Shown here: positions 1 through 9,699 of the stretch, one piece after another | Layout of the letters: the number at the start of each line of letters is the position of its first letter | How positions within the stretch are numbered: the stretch's first letter is position 1 | Source: Burkholderiales bacterium | GTDB lineage: Bacteria > Pseudomonadota > Gammaproteobacteria > Burkholderiales > SG8-41 | Length of the DNA: 64,000 nt | NCBI GenBank assembly: GCA_030833315.1 | Contig: JAURHM010000007.1 | Location: 3,760-67,759, forward strand | Reading direction: 5' to 3' | Translations under genes and position numbers: made by a program | The notes under the pieces: generated by a model | Told to the model about the DNA's origin: nothing | The model's input: only the letters and a program-made list of their open reading frames with translations | Database searches by the model: none

Positions 1-1013
1 CCGATGGCAAACGCCCGCTGAACATCCGCGGCGGCGGCAGCAAAACGTTTTATGGTAATCCGACGATCGGTGAAACACTCGACGTCACCACTTACCGCGG
101 CATTATCGAATATGAGCCGACCGAGCTGGTGATCACCGCGCGCGCCGGCACGCCGCTGGCCGACATCGAAGCGGCGATGCGCGAACAGGGACAGATGCTC
201 GGTTTCGAACCGCCGCACTTCGGCGGTAACGCCACCCTCGGCGGCTGCATTGCGGCAGGTCTGTCAGGGCCTCGACGCCCTTACGCCGGCTCGGCGCGTG
301 ACTTCGTGCTGGGATTGCGCCTGCTCGATGGTCGCGGCAGCGATCTGCATTTCGGCGGCCAGGTAATGAAGAATGTCGCCGGTTACGATGTATCGCGACT
401 GATCACCGGTTCGCTGGGCACGCTGGGCGTGATCCTTGAAGTATCGCTCAAAGCCCTGCCGCTACCGCCCTCTGAATTGACGCTGTGCCGCGAACAGACC
501 CAGTGTGAAGCGCTGGCCCTGATGAATGAATGGGCCGGCAAGCCGCTGCCAATTACTGCGACCTGTCATGTTGACGGCAGGATGTATGTACGGCTTGCCG
601 GCGCAACCCCGGCTGTTCATTCCGCCTTGGCAAAACTCGGCGGTGAAACGCTCGCCGACGGCGCAACATTCTGGCGCGAACTGCGCGACCAGCGCCACGC
701 TTTTTTTGCCGGCGAATCACCGCTGTGGCGGGTGTCACTGCCCTCCATTGCACCCGAACTGCAACTGTCCGGCGCACAACTGATCGAATGGGGCGGCGCG
801 TTGCGCTGGCTGCGTTCCGACAGCGACGCGATGAGCATCCGCAAGGCAGCACGGAACGGCGACGGCCACGCCACGCGCTTCCGCGGTGGCGACCCGCGCA
901 GCGGTGCCTTCCACCCCTTACCTTCGCCGATGCTGAAACTGCATAAACGGGTCAAACAGGCGATGGACCCGGCGGGCATTTTCAATCCCGGCCGCCTGTA
1001 CACGGATTTCTGA
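1..1013 (+). CDS. glcE: glycolate oxidase FAD-binding subunit GlcE (5' partial)
   Basis: The reading frame runs in from the window edge (codons from nt 3: DGKRPLNIRGGGSKTFYG). The sequence is FAD/PCMH-type oxidase-like and is directly followed by glcF. Confidence 0.8.
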   Translation, partial: DGKRPLNIRGGGSKTFYGNPTIGETLDVTTYRGIIEYEPTELVITARAGTPLADIEAAMREQGQMLGFEPPHFGGNATLGGCIAAGLSGPRRPYAGSARDFVLGLRLLDGRGSDLHFGGQVMKNVAGYDVSRLITGSLGTLGVILEVSLKALPLPPSELTLCREQTQCEALALMNEWAGKPLPITATCHVDGRMYVRLAGATPAVHSALAKLGGETLADGATFWRELRDQRHAFFAGESPLWRVSLPSIAPELQLSGAQLIEWGGALRWLRSDSDAMSIRKAARNGDGHATRFRGGDPRSGAFHPLPSPMLKLHKRVKQAMDPAGIFNPGRLYTDF

Positions 1014-1018
1014 CCGTC

Positions 1019-2251
1019 ATGCAGACCACACTCGCCGGTTTCATCAAGGACACGCCCGAAGGCAAAGAAGCCGAGGCAATCCTGCGCAAATGCGTACACT
1101 GCGGCTTCTGCACGGCGACCTGCCCGACCTACCAGCTGCTCGGTGATGAACTCGACGGGCCACGCGGCCGCATCTACTTGATTAAGCAGGTGCTCGAAGG
1201 CACGCCGGCTACCGCAAAAACCCAGCTGCACCTCGACCGTTGCCTGACCTGCCGCTCCTGCGAAACCACCTGCCCTTCCGGCGTGCACTACAGCCGGTTG
1301 CTCGACATCGGCCGCGCGGTGGTGGCCAAACAGGTACCGCGCAGCGGTTTCGCGCAGTTGCAGCGTCAGGGTCTGGCGGCTGTGTTGCCTCGCCCCTCGT
1401 TATTCAATCCGCTGCTCGCGGCAGGACGTATCGCGCGCAATATGCTGCCGAAGGTACTTGACGATATTGTCCCCGATACCCCGGCACGCGCCCGGCCCTG
1501 GCCGATCGGCGGGCATGAACGGCGCATGCTGGTGCTTGAGGGCTGTGTGCAACCCGCACTGTCGCCGGCAACCAATGCCGCCGCTGCGCGTGTACTCGAC
1601 CACCTCGGTATCTCGCTGCTGCGCGCGCCGAATGCCGGCTGCTGTGGCGCGGTGACCTTCCATCTCGATCAGCAGGAACAGGCGCTCGCCGCGATGCGGC
1701 GGAATATCGATGCCTGGTGGCCTTACATTGAACAGGGTGTCGAAGCCATTGTGTTCACCGCCAGCGGCTGCGGCACGATGATTACCGACTATGGTCACGC
1801 GCTGGCTACCGACCCCGGTTATGCCGAACGCGCGAAACGCATCTCGGCGATGGCCTGCGATCTGAGCACCGTCATCGACAAAGAAAAAGTTAAATTAAAA
1901 CAATTACTTACGAATAATCTCCCGAAGGAGACGATCGCCTTTCATCCACCCTGCTCGCTACAGCACGGCCTCAAACTCAAAGGCCGTGTCGAAGCACTGC
2001 TCGCCGAACTCGGCTTCACACTGGCTCCCGTATCCGATGCGCATCTGTGCTGCGGCTCGGCCGGCACCTATTCGATCCTGCAGCCGGAAATTTCGGCGCA
2101 GCTGAAAGCCAACAAAGTACGCGCACTGACCGCGCATGCACCGGCGCAGATCCTCACCGCCAACATCGGCTGCCAGACCCATCTGCAATCCGCAACCAAT
2201 GTGCCGGTCAGGCACTGGATCGAAGCGGTCGACGATCTGCTGTCAGCGTAA
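1019..2251 (+). CDS. glcF: glycolate oxidase iron-sulfur subunit GlcF
   Basis: Two 4Fe-4S motifs (CVHCGFCTATCP, CLTCRSCETTCP) plus C-terminal CCG repeats (CCGAVTF, CCGSAGTY). Confidence 0.85.
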   Translation: MQTTLAGFIKDTPEGKEAEAILRKCVHCGFCTATCPTYQLLGDELDGPRGRIYLIKQVLEGTPATAKTQLHLDRCLTCRSCETTCPSGVHYSRLLDIGRAVVAKQVPRSGFAQLQRQGLAAVLPRPSLFNPLLAAGRIARNMLPKVLDDIVPDTPARARPWPIGGHERRMLVLEGCVQPALSPATNAAAARVLDHLGISLLRAPNAGCCGAVTFHLDQQEQALAAMRRNIDAWWPYIEQGVEAIVFTASGCGTMITDYGHALATDPGYAERAKRISAMACDLSTVIDKEKVKLKQLLTNNLPKETIAFHPPCSLQHGLKLKGRVEALLAELGFTLAPVSDAHLCCGSAGTYSILQPEISAQLKANKVRALTAHAPAQILTANIGCQTHLQSATNVPVRHWIEAVDDLLSA

Positions 2252-2276
2252 ACACAAATCCCTCGGATGACACCGG

Positions 2277-2302
2277 GCCCCGCATTGCGGGGCTTTGTTT
2301 TT
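2277..2302 (+). terminator. rho-independent terminator after glcF
   Basis: GCCCCGC/GCGGGGC stem (2277-2283/2287-2293) followed by TTTGTTTTT. Confidence 0.6.
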
Positions 2303-2327
2303 GTATTCAGTCTTTCGTGCCTTGACT

Positions 2328-2435
2328 CTTGTACTTTCCGTGACAAGGGCGTACCTTCCGAAGCCGGAAGCGGAGTGACCCTGCGCTGGAAGCATCAAGG
2401 TACTTGTACTTTTTGTGACAGGGGCGTACTCTCCG
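2328..2435 (+). repeat. two imperfect 33-bp direct repeats, 75-bp period, in the methyltransferase leader
   Basis: CTTGTACTTTCCGTGACAAGGGCGTACCTTCCG (from 2328) versus CTTGTACTTTTTGTGACAGGGGCGTACTCTCCG (from 2403), 28/33 identical. There are five GTAC sites between 2331 and 2429. Confidence 0.8.
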
Positions 2436-2464
2436 CTGCAATTCAACCTGCCGAGGAGTGCGCA

Positions 2465-3697
2465 ATGGCTGCAGTCGCGACCGTCACCGCCTATGATCTT
2501 GCAGTCACCGCACCAGCCGCACGACGCTCCCGCTCAGCCCCGCCGCCCCGCCGCATCAATGGAGTCCCGGTCTATGAACAGGAGTTCTGGACCAGCAAAC
2601 AGCGTCAGGCCAATCCGCTGCATGAAGTGTCCTACCGCGGCTGCTTCAAGCCGCAGCTGCCCGCCTACTTCATCGACCGCCTGAGCAAAGCCGGCGACTT
2701 CATCTATGACCCGTTCAGCGGCCGCGGCACCACCGCCGTTGAAGCCGCATTGATGGGTCGCAACGTCATCGCCAACGACATCAATCCGCTGTCGGCGATA
2801 CTGACGCTACCGCGGCTCGAAGCGCCGCTGATCGCCAACATCGATGTGCGCCTGCGCGCGATCAAGGTCAGCGCCAAACAGAAAAATGACATCGACCTGT
2901 CGATGTTCTACCACCCGGATACCGAGCGCGAACTGCTGAACCTGCGCGCCTACCTCGCCGAACGTCGCGACAGCGGCAAGGAAGACGATGCCGACCGCTG
3001 GATCCGCATGGTTGCCACCAACCGCCTGACCGGCCATTCGCCGGGATTCTTCTCGGCCTACACGCTGCCGCCGAATCAGGCGGTGTCGCCGGAGAGCCAG
3101 ATCCGCATCAATGAAAAAACCGGCAAAGATCCGGAATACCGCGATGTGCGCGCGCTGATCCTGCGCAAATCCATGCAGTTGCAGAGCGACATCAACGCCG
3201 CAGCGCGCTGGCGCCTGCAGCAGGCCGCAGCCAAGGCCATGTTCCTCCAGGGCCCGGCCGGAGAGACCACGGACATCCCCGAAAACAGCGTGCAACTCAC
3301 CGTGACCTCGCCGCCCTTCCTCAATGTCGTGCAGTACGCCAAGGACAACTGGCTGCGCTGCTGGTTCAACAGCCTCGATGCAGAGGAAATCGGCGCCGGT
3401 ATCACCATGGCCACCAGCGTCAATGAATGGTCTGCAGTGATGCTGCAAGCACTGTACGAACTGCATCGCATCACCCGACCCAAAGGCTGGGTAGCCTTCG
3501 AAGTCGGTGAAGTGCAGCGCGGCTCTGTCAACCTCGACGAAGCCGTAGTGCCGCTGGGCCTTCAAGCCGGTTTCCGCTGCGAAGCCATCCTGATCAACAC
3601 CCAGAAATTCACCAAGACATCGAACATCTGGGGCATCGGCAACAACGAACGCGGCACCAATAGCAACCGCATTGTCATGCTGCAGAAGCCGGCCTAG
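2465..3697 (+). CDS. site-specific DNA amino-methyltransferase (N4-C or N6-A type)
   Basis: ATG 2465 is preceded by GAGGAG. Motif I DPFSGRGTT lies about 190 aa upstream of motif IV TSPPF. The ORF-track start at 2267 lies inside the terminator/leader. Confidence 0.75.
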   Translation: MAAVATVTAYDLAVTAPAARRSRSAPPPRRINGVPVYEQEFWTSKQRQANPLHEVSYRGCFKPQLPAYFIDRLSKAGDFIYDPFSGRGTTAVEAALMGRNVIANDINPLSAILTLPRLEAPLIANIDVRLRAIKVSAKQKNDIDLSMFYHPDTERELLNLRAYLAERRDSGKEDDADRWIRMVATNRLTGHSPGFFSAYTLPPNQAVSPESQIRINEKTGKDPEYRDVRALILRKSMQLQSDINAAARWRLQQAAAKAMFLQGPAGETTDIPENSVQLTVTSPPFLNVVQYAKDNWLRCWFNSLDAEEIGAGITMATSVNEWSAVMLQALYELHRITRPKGWVAFEVGEVQRGSVNLDEAVVPLGLQAGFRCEAILINTQKFTKTSNIWGIGNNERGTNSNRIVMLQKPA

Positions 3698-4254
3698 TGC
3701 CCGGCCCTGGTGTTGTGCCGCGCAGGGCCTGCGTGGCCGCAGTGCTGGTGCTCGCCGCGCTGCTACCGCTGCGCGCCACGGCGCTGGAAGGCCAGGTCAT
3801 CCACATCGCCGATGGCGATACGCTGACCGTGCTCGATGACCAGCACCGTTCCCACAAAGTCCGCCTCGCCGGCATCGATGCACCGGAACGCAACCAACCC
3901 TTCGGTCGGCGCGCCGCCGAAGCCCTCGCCGAGCTCGCTAAAAACCAGCGGGTGATCGTCGACGGCGGAAAAACCGATCGTTACCTGCGCCGCATCGGCA
4001 TCGTTCGCGTCGCCCCGGCGGAATGCGCAAGCTGCACACCCAGCGTGGATGTCGGACTCTTGCTGATCAACACCGGTTTTGCCTGGCATTACCGTGCCTA
4101 TGAACGCGAGCAGAGCCGCAGCGACCGGGACCAATACCGCCAGGCCGAAGCCGGCGCCCGTGCGCGCCAGGACGGGCTGTGGGCGGATTCGATGCCGATG
4201 CCGCCCTGGGACTGGCGGCGCGCGCGCAGGGACGGCAACACCTCCCGTCACTGA
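3697..4254 (+). CDS. secreted thermonuclease (staphylococcal nuclease/SNase family)
   Basis: GTG 3697 overlaps the methyltransferase TAG by 1 nt (alternative GTG at 3715). Signal-peptide-like AAVLVLAALLPLRATA. SNase motifs DGDTLTV, VRLAGIDAPE, DRY, GLW. Confidence 0.8.
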   Translation: MPGPGVVPRRACVAAVLVLAALLPLRATALEGQVIHIADGDTLTVLDDQHRSHKVRLAGIDAPERNQPFGRRAAEALAELAKNQRVIVDGGKTDRYLRRIGIVRVAPAECASCTPSVDVGLLLINTGFAWHYRAYEREQSRSDRDQYRQAEAGARARQDGLWADSMPMPPWDWRRARRDGNTSRH

Positions 4255-4278
4255 TTACCGTATGGTAGCCGCAGCGTC

Positions 4279-5253
4279 TTAGTCGACAGTGATGCGCGCC
4301 GCCTTGACGACTTGGGTGTATTTGGCGATTTCAGACTTGATCAGCGCGCCGAATTCTTCCGGCGTGCCGCCCGCGGGTTCCAGGCCCTGCACCGCCAGCG
4401 CCTCGGTCATGCCCGGCAACTTCAGTGAAGCCAGGATGTCCGCATTCAGTTTTTTCACCAGCGCAGCTGGCGTTTTTGCGGGTGCGAGCACGCCCTGCCA
4501 GTTCGACACATTAAAACCCTTGACGCCGGATTCGGCGACGGTCGGTACATCCGGCGCCGCCGCCGCGCGTTTCAGCGTGGTCACGGCGATGGCGCGCAGC
4601 TTGCCCTGCTTTACCTGCGGCAATACCGGCGGCATGGTACTGAACACCAGCTGCACGCGACCGCTGATCAGATCGGTCATCGCCGGCCCCGACCCCTTGT
4701 ACGGCACATGCAGCAAATCAGTGCCGGTGGCGAACTTGAACAACTCACCCGCCATATGCAGCGACGAACCAGCACCCGCTGACGCATAGGTCAGCTTGCC
4801 GGGACTGGCTTTAGCCAGAGTCACCAGTTCCTGCACCGTTTTCGCGGGCACCGAAGGATTGGCCGCGAGCATGAACGACGAAGTGGCAACCAATGCCGCC
4901 GGCGCAAAATCCCGCACCGGGTTGTATGGCAGATCCGCCTTCAGCGCCGGCGTCTGCGCCAGATTACCGACGCTGCCGAGAAACAGCGTGTAGCCGTCGG
5001 GATTCGCTGTCGCCGCAATCGTTGCACCGAGCGCACCGCCGGCACCACCGCGGTTGTCGACCACTACCTGCTGGCCGGTGACTTCAGACAGGCGCTGTCC
5101 CAGCGTACGCGCCAGGATGTCATTGCCGCCGCCCGGAGGAAACGGCACCACCATGCGCAAGGCCTTGCTGGGATAATTACCGGCACCCTGCGCCTGCGCG
5201 GCAGGCACGACAAACGCGGCCAGCACGGCGGTGCTGATCAGGGTTCTGTACAT
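4279..5253 (-). CDS. Bug/TctC-family periplasmic solute receptor
   Basis: Signal peptide, then NYPSKALRMVVPFPPGGG, VDNRGGAGG, HVPYKGSGPA. GGAG RBS. Confidence 0.85.
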   Translation of the reverse strand: MYRTLISTAVLAAFVVPAAQAQGAGNYPSKALRMVVPFPPGGGNDILARTLGQRLSEVTGQQVVVDNRGGAGGALGATIAATANPDGYTLFLGSVGNLAQTPALKADLPYNPVRDFAPAALVATSSFMLAANPSVPAKTVQELVTLAKASPGKLTYASAGAGSSLHMAGELFKFATGTDLLHVPYKGSGPAMTDLISGRVQLVFSTMPPVLPQVKQGKLRAIAVTTLKRAAAAPDVPTVAESGVKGFNVSNWQGVLAPAKTPAALVKKLNADILASLKLPGMTEALAVQGLEPAGGTPEEFGALIKSEIAKYTQVVKAARITVD

Positions 5254-5326
5254 GGACTTCTCCTCGTTATCAGTGAACGCTCTGAGGGCGCAATACTGCC
5301 GATTGTAGCCGTCTCACCGCAGCAAG

Positions 5327-6658
5327 TCAGGCCGCCGCGGCGCGGGCAATTGCACCGGCATCCGGCAGTGTTTCCACCGTCCAGCACAGGCGGATCACTT
5401 CGTCCGCCTGTTTTTTCGTGAGGATGCCATCGGCAAGGCCTCGGAATTTGGCTTCCAGATCGGCGTCACTCATCGGCCGCTCCAGCGTACCCAGCGCATG
5501 AATGACATGACGTTCGAGGGTGCGCCCGTCCTTGAGTTTGATGGTGATGAGCGACTGCACGCGGCCGATGCTTTCATCACGCTCGATGCGGACGCGCTTG
5601 CGCAACGCCACCGTTACGGTATTGAGCACACTTTCATCGCTGAACTGCGCCTCGCCCGCCATTCCGGTATGCAAGGCTACTGCTGCCGCATGAAACACGC
5701 TGAACTTGCCCTCAAGACCGGTCTGCGGATTTTCCTTGGCGGTCAGTTCGAACACGATCGGGCTGACCTTGAGATCAACACTGTCAATCATTTCCGGCGT
5801 CAGCCCGTTCTCGTTACGCAGCTGGATACAGCCGTCGATCGTCCCCTGCACCACCAGACCGCAGGCAAAGGGCTTGTACATGTTGGAGGACAGCTCCCAC
5901 CGCTTACCCCAATCAGCGGTGATGATCGAAGGATCGAATTTGGTCGACATCACCCGACCGAAGCCGCGCTTGGCTTCAATGCCCTGCTCGGAACTGGTGA
6001 AATTCTGCGACGCCAGCATCGCCGCCATCAGGCCGTTCTGCGATGCCCGCCCCGGATGCAGGCTCTTGCACATCGAGCCGAACATTTCACGCAGTCCGGA
6101 CGATTGTGTCGCAGCAATGCCCAGCGCCCAGGCCATCTGTTGTTCATTGAGGCCCAGCAGCTTGCCGATGGCGGCTGCCGCCCCAAAGACACCAGCAGTG
6201 CCGGTGATATGCCAGCCGATGGCGTAATGCTCCGGAAATACCGACAGTCCGACGCGGCATTCGGTTTCAACGCCAACGACAAAGGCATGCACCAGGTCTG
6301 CACCGCTGATGCCCTTCCACTCCGAAAGGGCCAGCAGTGCGGGATAAACCGGCGCGCTGGGATGAATGGCTTTGGCATGGGTGTCATCAAAATCAAAGAC
6401 ATGCGAACTGACGCCGTTGACCAGCGCCGCATGCAGGCAGTCGGTGCGTTCGTTGCGGCCGAGGATCTGCGCCTGGGGCTGACCGGCAAAGGGCAGCACC
6501 GCGGCAAGCATGTTGTTGATGGTTTCGTGACGCGACGCACCGATGGCGCAGCCGCACCAGTTGAGCAGTGCACGCGCCGCTTCATGACGCACATCCGCAG
6601 GAACTTCTTCACGACGGGACTGCACGATGTAACGCGCCAGGGTTTTGGTGACTTCCAT
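5327..6658 (-). CDS. MmgE/PrpD family protein (2-methylcitrate dehydratase-like)
   Basis: N-terminus MEVTKTLARYIV..HEAARALLNWCGCAIGA is typical of PrpD/MmgE. Start refined to ATG 6658. Confidence 0.8.
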   Translation of the reverse strand: MEVTKTLARYIVQSRREEVPADVRHEAARALLNWCGCAIGASRHETINNMLAAVLPFAGQPQAQILGRNERTDCLHAALVNGVSSHVFDFDDTHAKAIHPSAPVYPALLALSEWKGISGADLVHAFVVGVETECRVGLSVFPEHYAIGWHITGTAGVFGAAAAIGKLLGLNEQQMAWALGIAATQSSGLREMFGSMCKSLHPGRASQNGLMAAMLASQNFTSSEQGIEAKRGFGRVMSTKFDPSIITADWGKRWELSSNMYKPFACGLVVQGTIDGCIQLRNENGLTPEMIDSVDLKVSPIVFELTAKENPQTGLEGKFSVFHAAAVALHTGMAGEAQFSDESVLNTVTVALRKRVRIERDESIGRVQSLITIKLKDGRTLERHVIHALGTLERPMSDADLEAKFRGLADGILTKKQADEVIRLCWTVETLPDAGAIARAAAA

Positions 6659-6678
6659 ATTCAGTTCCCGTAGCCGTA

Positions 6679-7653
6679 TTAATCGGCTTTGACGCCGGAA
6701 GCGGCGAGCACTTTCGACCATTTCGCGGATTCGGACTTGATGTAGGCGGCAAACTGCTCCGGCGTATTGCCGATGGTAGTCGCGCCCTGTCCGGCCAACT
6801 GCTTCTGCACATCGGGCTGGCGCACCGCCTTCGCCGTATCGGCATGCAGTCGGGTGATGATCTCGCGCGGCGTACCCGCCGGCACCAGCAGGCCGAACCA
6901 GGTGCCGGCCTCGAATCCCGGAAATCCCGATTCAATCATCGTCGGAATATCCTGCGCCACCGGCTGTCGCTGCAGGCTGGTCACCGCCAGCGCGCGCAAG
7001 CGCCCCGCACGCACCTGCTCGATCACCGAAAGCATATTGCCGAAAAACACCTGGACATTGCCGCCGAGCAGATCGGTGGTGGCTGGCGCGCTGCCCTTGT
7101 AGGCGATATGCACCATATTGACCTTCGCCTGTTGTTTGAAGAATTCCGCAGCGAGATGCGGCAGCGTGCCGTTGCCGGTGGACGCATAGTTGATCGCACC
7201 GGGCTTGGCTTTGGCCAGCGCGATCAGTTCCTTTACCGTTTTCACCGGCATCGATGGATGCACCACCAGCATGCTGGGCACGCTGGCGACCAGCGATACC
7301 GGCATGAAATCGCGCTCCACCGAATACGGTGCCTTGCTGTTCATGTGCGGAATCACGGTCAGGATGCCGGCGGTTGCCATGAACACGGTGTAACCGTCGG
7401 GCGCCGCCTTGGCAGCGACCTCGGCGCCGAGAATGCCGCCGGCCCCTGCACGATTGTCGACAATCACCTGCTGCCCCAGCGCTTCCGCCAGCCGTCCGCT
7501 GACCGCACGGGTGACGATGTCCACACCGGCGCCCGGCGGGAAGGGCACGACGATGCGCACCGCTTTCGCGGGATAACCCTGCGCGCCGGCAAGTCCTGCC
7601 GCACCGGCCAGCAGGCCGGCGGCGATGAACTGTTGAAGTGATTTCATTTTCAT
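6679..7653 (-). CDS. Bug/TctC-family periplasmic solute receptor
   Basis: MKMKSLQQFIAAGLLAGAAGLAGA signal, GYPAKAVRIVVPFPPGAG, VDNRAGAGG, YKGSAPA. Start at 7653 or 7647, not the track start 7890. Confidence 0.85.
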   Translation of the reverse strand: MKMKSLQQFIAAGLLAGAAGLAGAQGYPAKAVRIVVPFPPGAGVDIVTRAVSGRLAEALGQQVIVDNRAGAGGILGAEVAAKAAPDGYTVFMATAGILTVIPHMNSKAPYSVERDFMPVSLVASVPSMLVVHPSMPVKTVKELIALAKAKPGAINYASTGNGTLPHLAAEFFKQQAKVNMVHIAYKGSAPATTDLLGGNVQVFFGNMLSVIEQVRAGRLRALAVTSLQRQPVAQDIPTMIESGFPGFEAGTWFGLLVPAGTPREIITRLHADTAKAVRQPDVQKQLAGQGATTIGNTPEQFAAYIKSESAKWSKVLAASGVKAD

Positions 7654-7720
7654 TTCCTCAAAAATAAAACGGCAGCCGGCACAGTGCGAACCGGCTGCCG
7701 CCCGCGTAGAATTAATACCG

Positions 7721-8596
7721 TCAGTACACCATGCCCGCCGCCGCATCGCGCGGCAGGTCTTTCTCCGCCTCGCCGAGCTGTTCATAAAACGACTCGATAT
7801 AGGCCTTGAAGGTCGTGTCGTGACGGTGCATTTCGATGTCGCCAAAATCCACCTGCGGCCACGGCTGCAGGTCGAAGTGATTGTACTCATCCTTGCCGCG
7901 CACCAGGCTCGCCGGCATGCGGCGCTTGCCGATGTAACGCGTGCGGGTCGGAATATAACTCAGCGCGATACCGACACGGCGCTCGTCTGAGCGGTTGGGC
8001 TGCGACTGGTGCACAACGCAAGTGTGGTGCAGCGAAAACTGCCCGGGCTTGAGGATCACCCGGTCTATTTCGGTCTGATCAAACCACTCGACGATGATCT
8101 GTCCCGCGGTATTAACGCTGTTCTTGATCAGCCCGCTTTTCTGTTGCAACTGGCCGCGGATATGGCTGCCGACGGCAAACTCCACCGGCCCCGTCTCCGC
8201 CGTCACGTTGCACAGCGCGACCCAGGCGGTGACGTGATCGAAGGGCCGCAAACCAAAGTACGTGGAGTCCTGATGCCAGGCGGCTATGCCCTCGCTGTGC
8301 GGCTCCTTGATGAAAAAGCGCGTGGTGTAGAGCAGGATGTCGGGGCCGAGCAGGTCTTCGGCGGCATCGACGATCGCCGGCGTGCGGGCCAGCTCATCGA
8401 CCCACTTGCACATGAAATGCAGGTTGCCGCGGTATTTCTTGTCGATCGCCATCAGCGATCCGCCGAGATGTTCTTCGGTCTTGCGCAATTCTTCGCGATA
8501 ACGGGAAACATCCGACGCACTCAGCGCATCGAGCGGATAGACATAACCGTCGGCACGGTAATCACGCTGCTGTTTGACGCTCAGTTTTTTCGGCAT
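7721..8596 (-). CDS. phytanoyl-CoA dioxygenase (PhyH) family Fe(II)/2-oxoglutarate oxygenase
   Basis: YRADGYVYP, WHQDSTYF (HxD), and a distal His in SLHHTCVVHQS. AAGGAGG lies 5 nt before ATG 8596. Confidence 0.7.
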   Translation of the reverse strand: MPKKLSVKQQRDYRADGYVYPLDALSASDVSRYREELRKTEEHLGGSLMAIDKKYRGNLHFMCKWVDELARTPAIVDAAEDLLGPDILLYTTRFFIKEPHSEGIAAWHQDSTYFGLRPFDHVTAWVALCNVTAETGPVEFAVGSHIRGQLQQKSGLIKNSVNTAGQIIVEWFDQTEIDRVILKPGQFSLHHTCVVHQSQPNRSDERRVGIALSYIPTRTRYIGKRRMPASLVRGKDEYNHFDLQPWPQVDFGDIEMHRHDTTFKAYIESFYEQLGEAEKDLPRDAAAGMVY

Positions 8597-8796
8597 CCTC
8601 CCCTCCTTGAACACCATCGCTGATTCGCTGTGCGCACAGCCGTTTTTTGTTAACCCGCGACCAATATCACAATGCGGTCGTCATTCTGGGGCACGTCAGG
8701 GTCATGTTAGTATAGTTGCAAAAAAAAAATATGCACAATCCATCATGCGGCAAACCGCTCAAAGCAGCGTAACGCCCGCCTATCCTGAGAACGACC

Positions 8797-9654
8797 ATGA
8801 CCATCGATTACCAGAAGCTGCTGAATTGGGATATTCCACAAGTTGAACAACAGCTGACCAGGCGCGACACCATCATTTACGCACTGGGTGTCGGCCTCGG
8901 CGCTGACCCGATGGATGCGAACGAGTTGCAGTTCGTCTACGAAGAAAATCTCAAGGCGCTGCCGACGATGGCGATCATCCTCGGCTATCCCGGCCCCTGG
9001 CACGCATCCCCCGGGACCGGCGTCACGCGCAGCCACGTCGTACACGGCGAACAGGGCTTCACCATTCACAAGCCGCTGCCGGTGGAAGGCAGCATCATCG
9101 GCAAGACCCGCGTCACCGCGGTACTCGACAAAGGCAAGGACAAGGGCGCGCTACTGCTGACCGCCTGCGACGTGCGCGAAAAAGCCAGCAACGATCTGAT
9201 CTGCACGCTGACCTCGACCACCTTCTGCCGCGCTGACGGCGGCTTTGGCGGCCCTTCCGGCCCGACACCGGCACCACACCCGATTCCCGAAACAGCCGCG
9301 CAGCTCAGCTGCGATCTGCCGACGCTGCCGCAAGCCGCGCTGATCTACCGGCTTTCCGGCGATTACAACCCGCTGCATGCCGATCCGGCTTATGCGGCGA
9401 AGGCCGGCTTCAAGGCGCCGATCCTGCACGGCCGCGCGACCTTCAGTGTTGTCGGTCACGCGCTGGTGAAAAGCGTCTGCGGTTACGACCCGCTGAAACT
9501 GAAAAGCATGTCCGGTCGTTTTTCGTCACCGGTTTATCCCGGCGAAACCATCCGCACCGAAATGTGGGTGGACGGCAACGTGGTGGCCTTCCGTGCCACC
9601 GTGCCGTCGCGCGGCGTCACCGTGCTCAATAACGGCCGCGCCGAGATCGCATAA
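8797..9654 (+). CDS. MaoC-like (R)-specific enoyl-CoA hydratase/dehydratase, double hot-dog
   Basis: N-terminal MaoC_dehydrat_N-like half plus C-terminal YRLSGDYNPLHADP hydratase-2 motif. Confidence 0.75.
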   Translation: MTIDYQKLLNWDIPQVEQQLTRRDTIIYALGVGLGADPMDANELQFVYEENLKALPTMAIILGYPGPWHASPGTGVTRSHVVHGEQGFTIHKPLPVEGSIIGKTRVTAVLDKGKDKGALLLTACDVREKASNDLICTLTSTTFCRADGGFGGPSGPTPAPHPIPETAAQLSCDLPTLPQAALIYRLSGDYNPLHADPAYAAKAGFKAPILHGRATFSVVGHALVKSVCGYDPLKLKSMSGRFSSPVYPGETIRTEMWVDGNVVAFRATVPSRGVTVLNNGRAEIA

Positions 9655-9699
9655 ATTTAAATTTAAAAACAAATACTTATATATCACTTAGAGGACATC

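Noticed and set aside
2267-2464. N-terminal 66-codon extension of the methyltransferase ORF, and similar long 5' extensions of track ORFs at 6679..7890, 17551..18669, 27740.., 37115.., 11553.., 23105.. and 55127...
   Set aside because: The extensions run through terminators, leaders or the antisense of neighbouring genes, and lack an RBS. Internal ATG/GTG codons with good RBS, signal peptides or family-typical N-termini were chosen instead.
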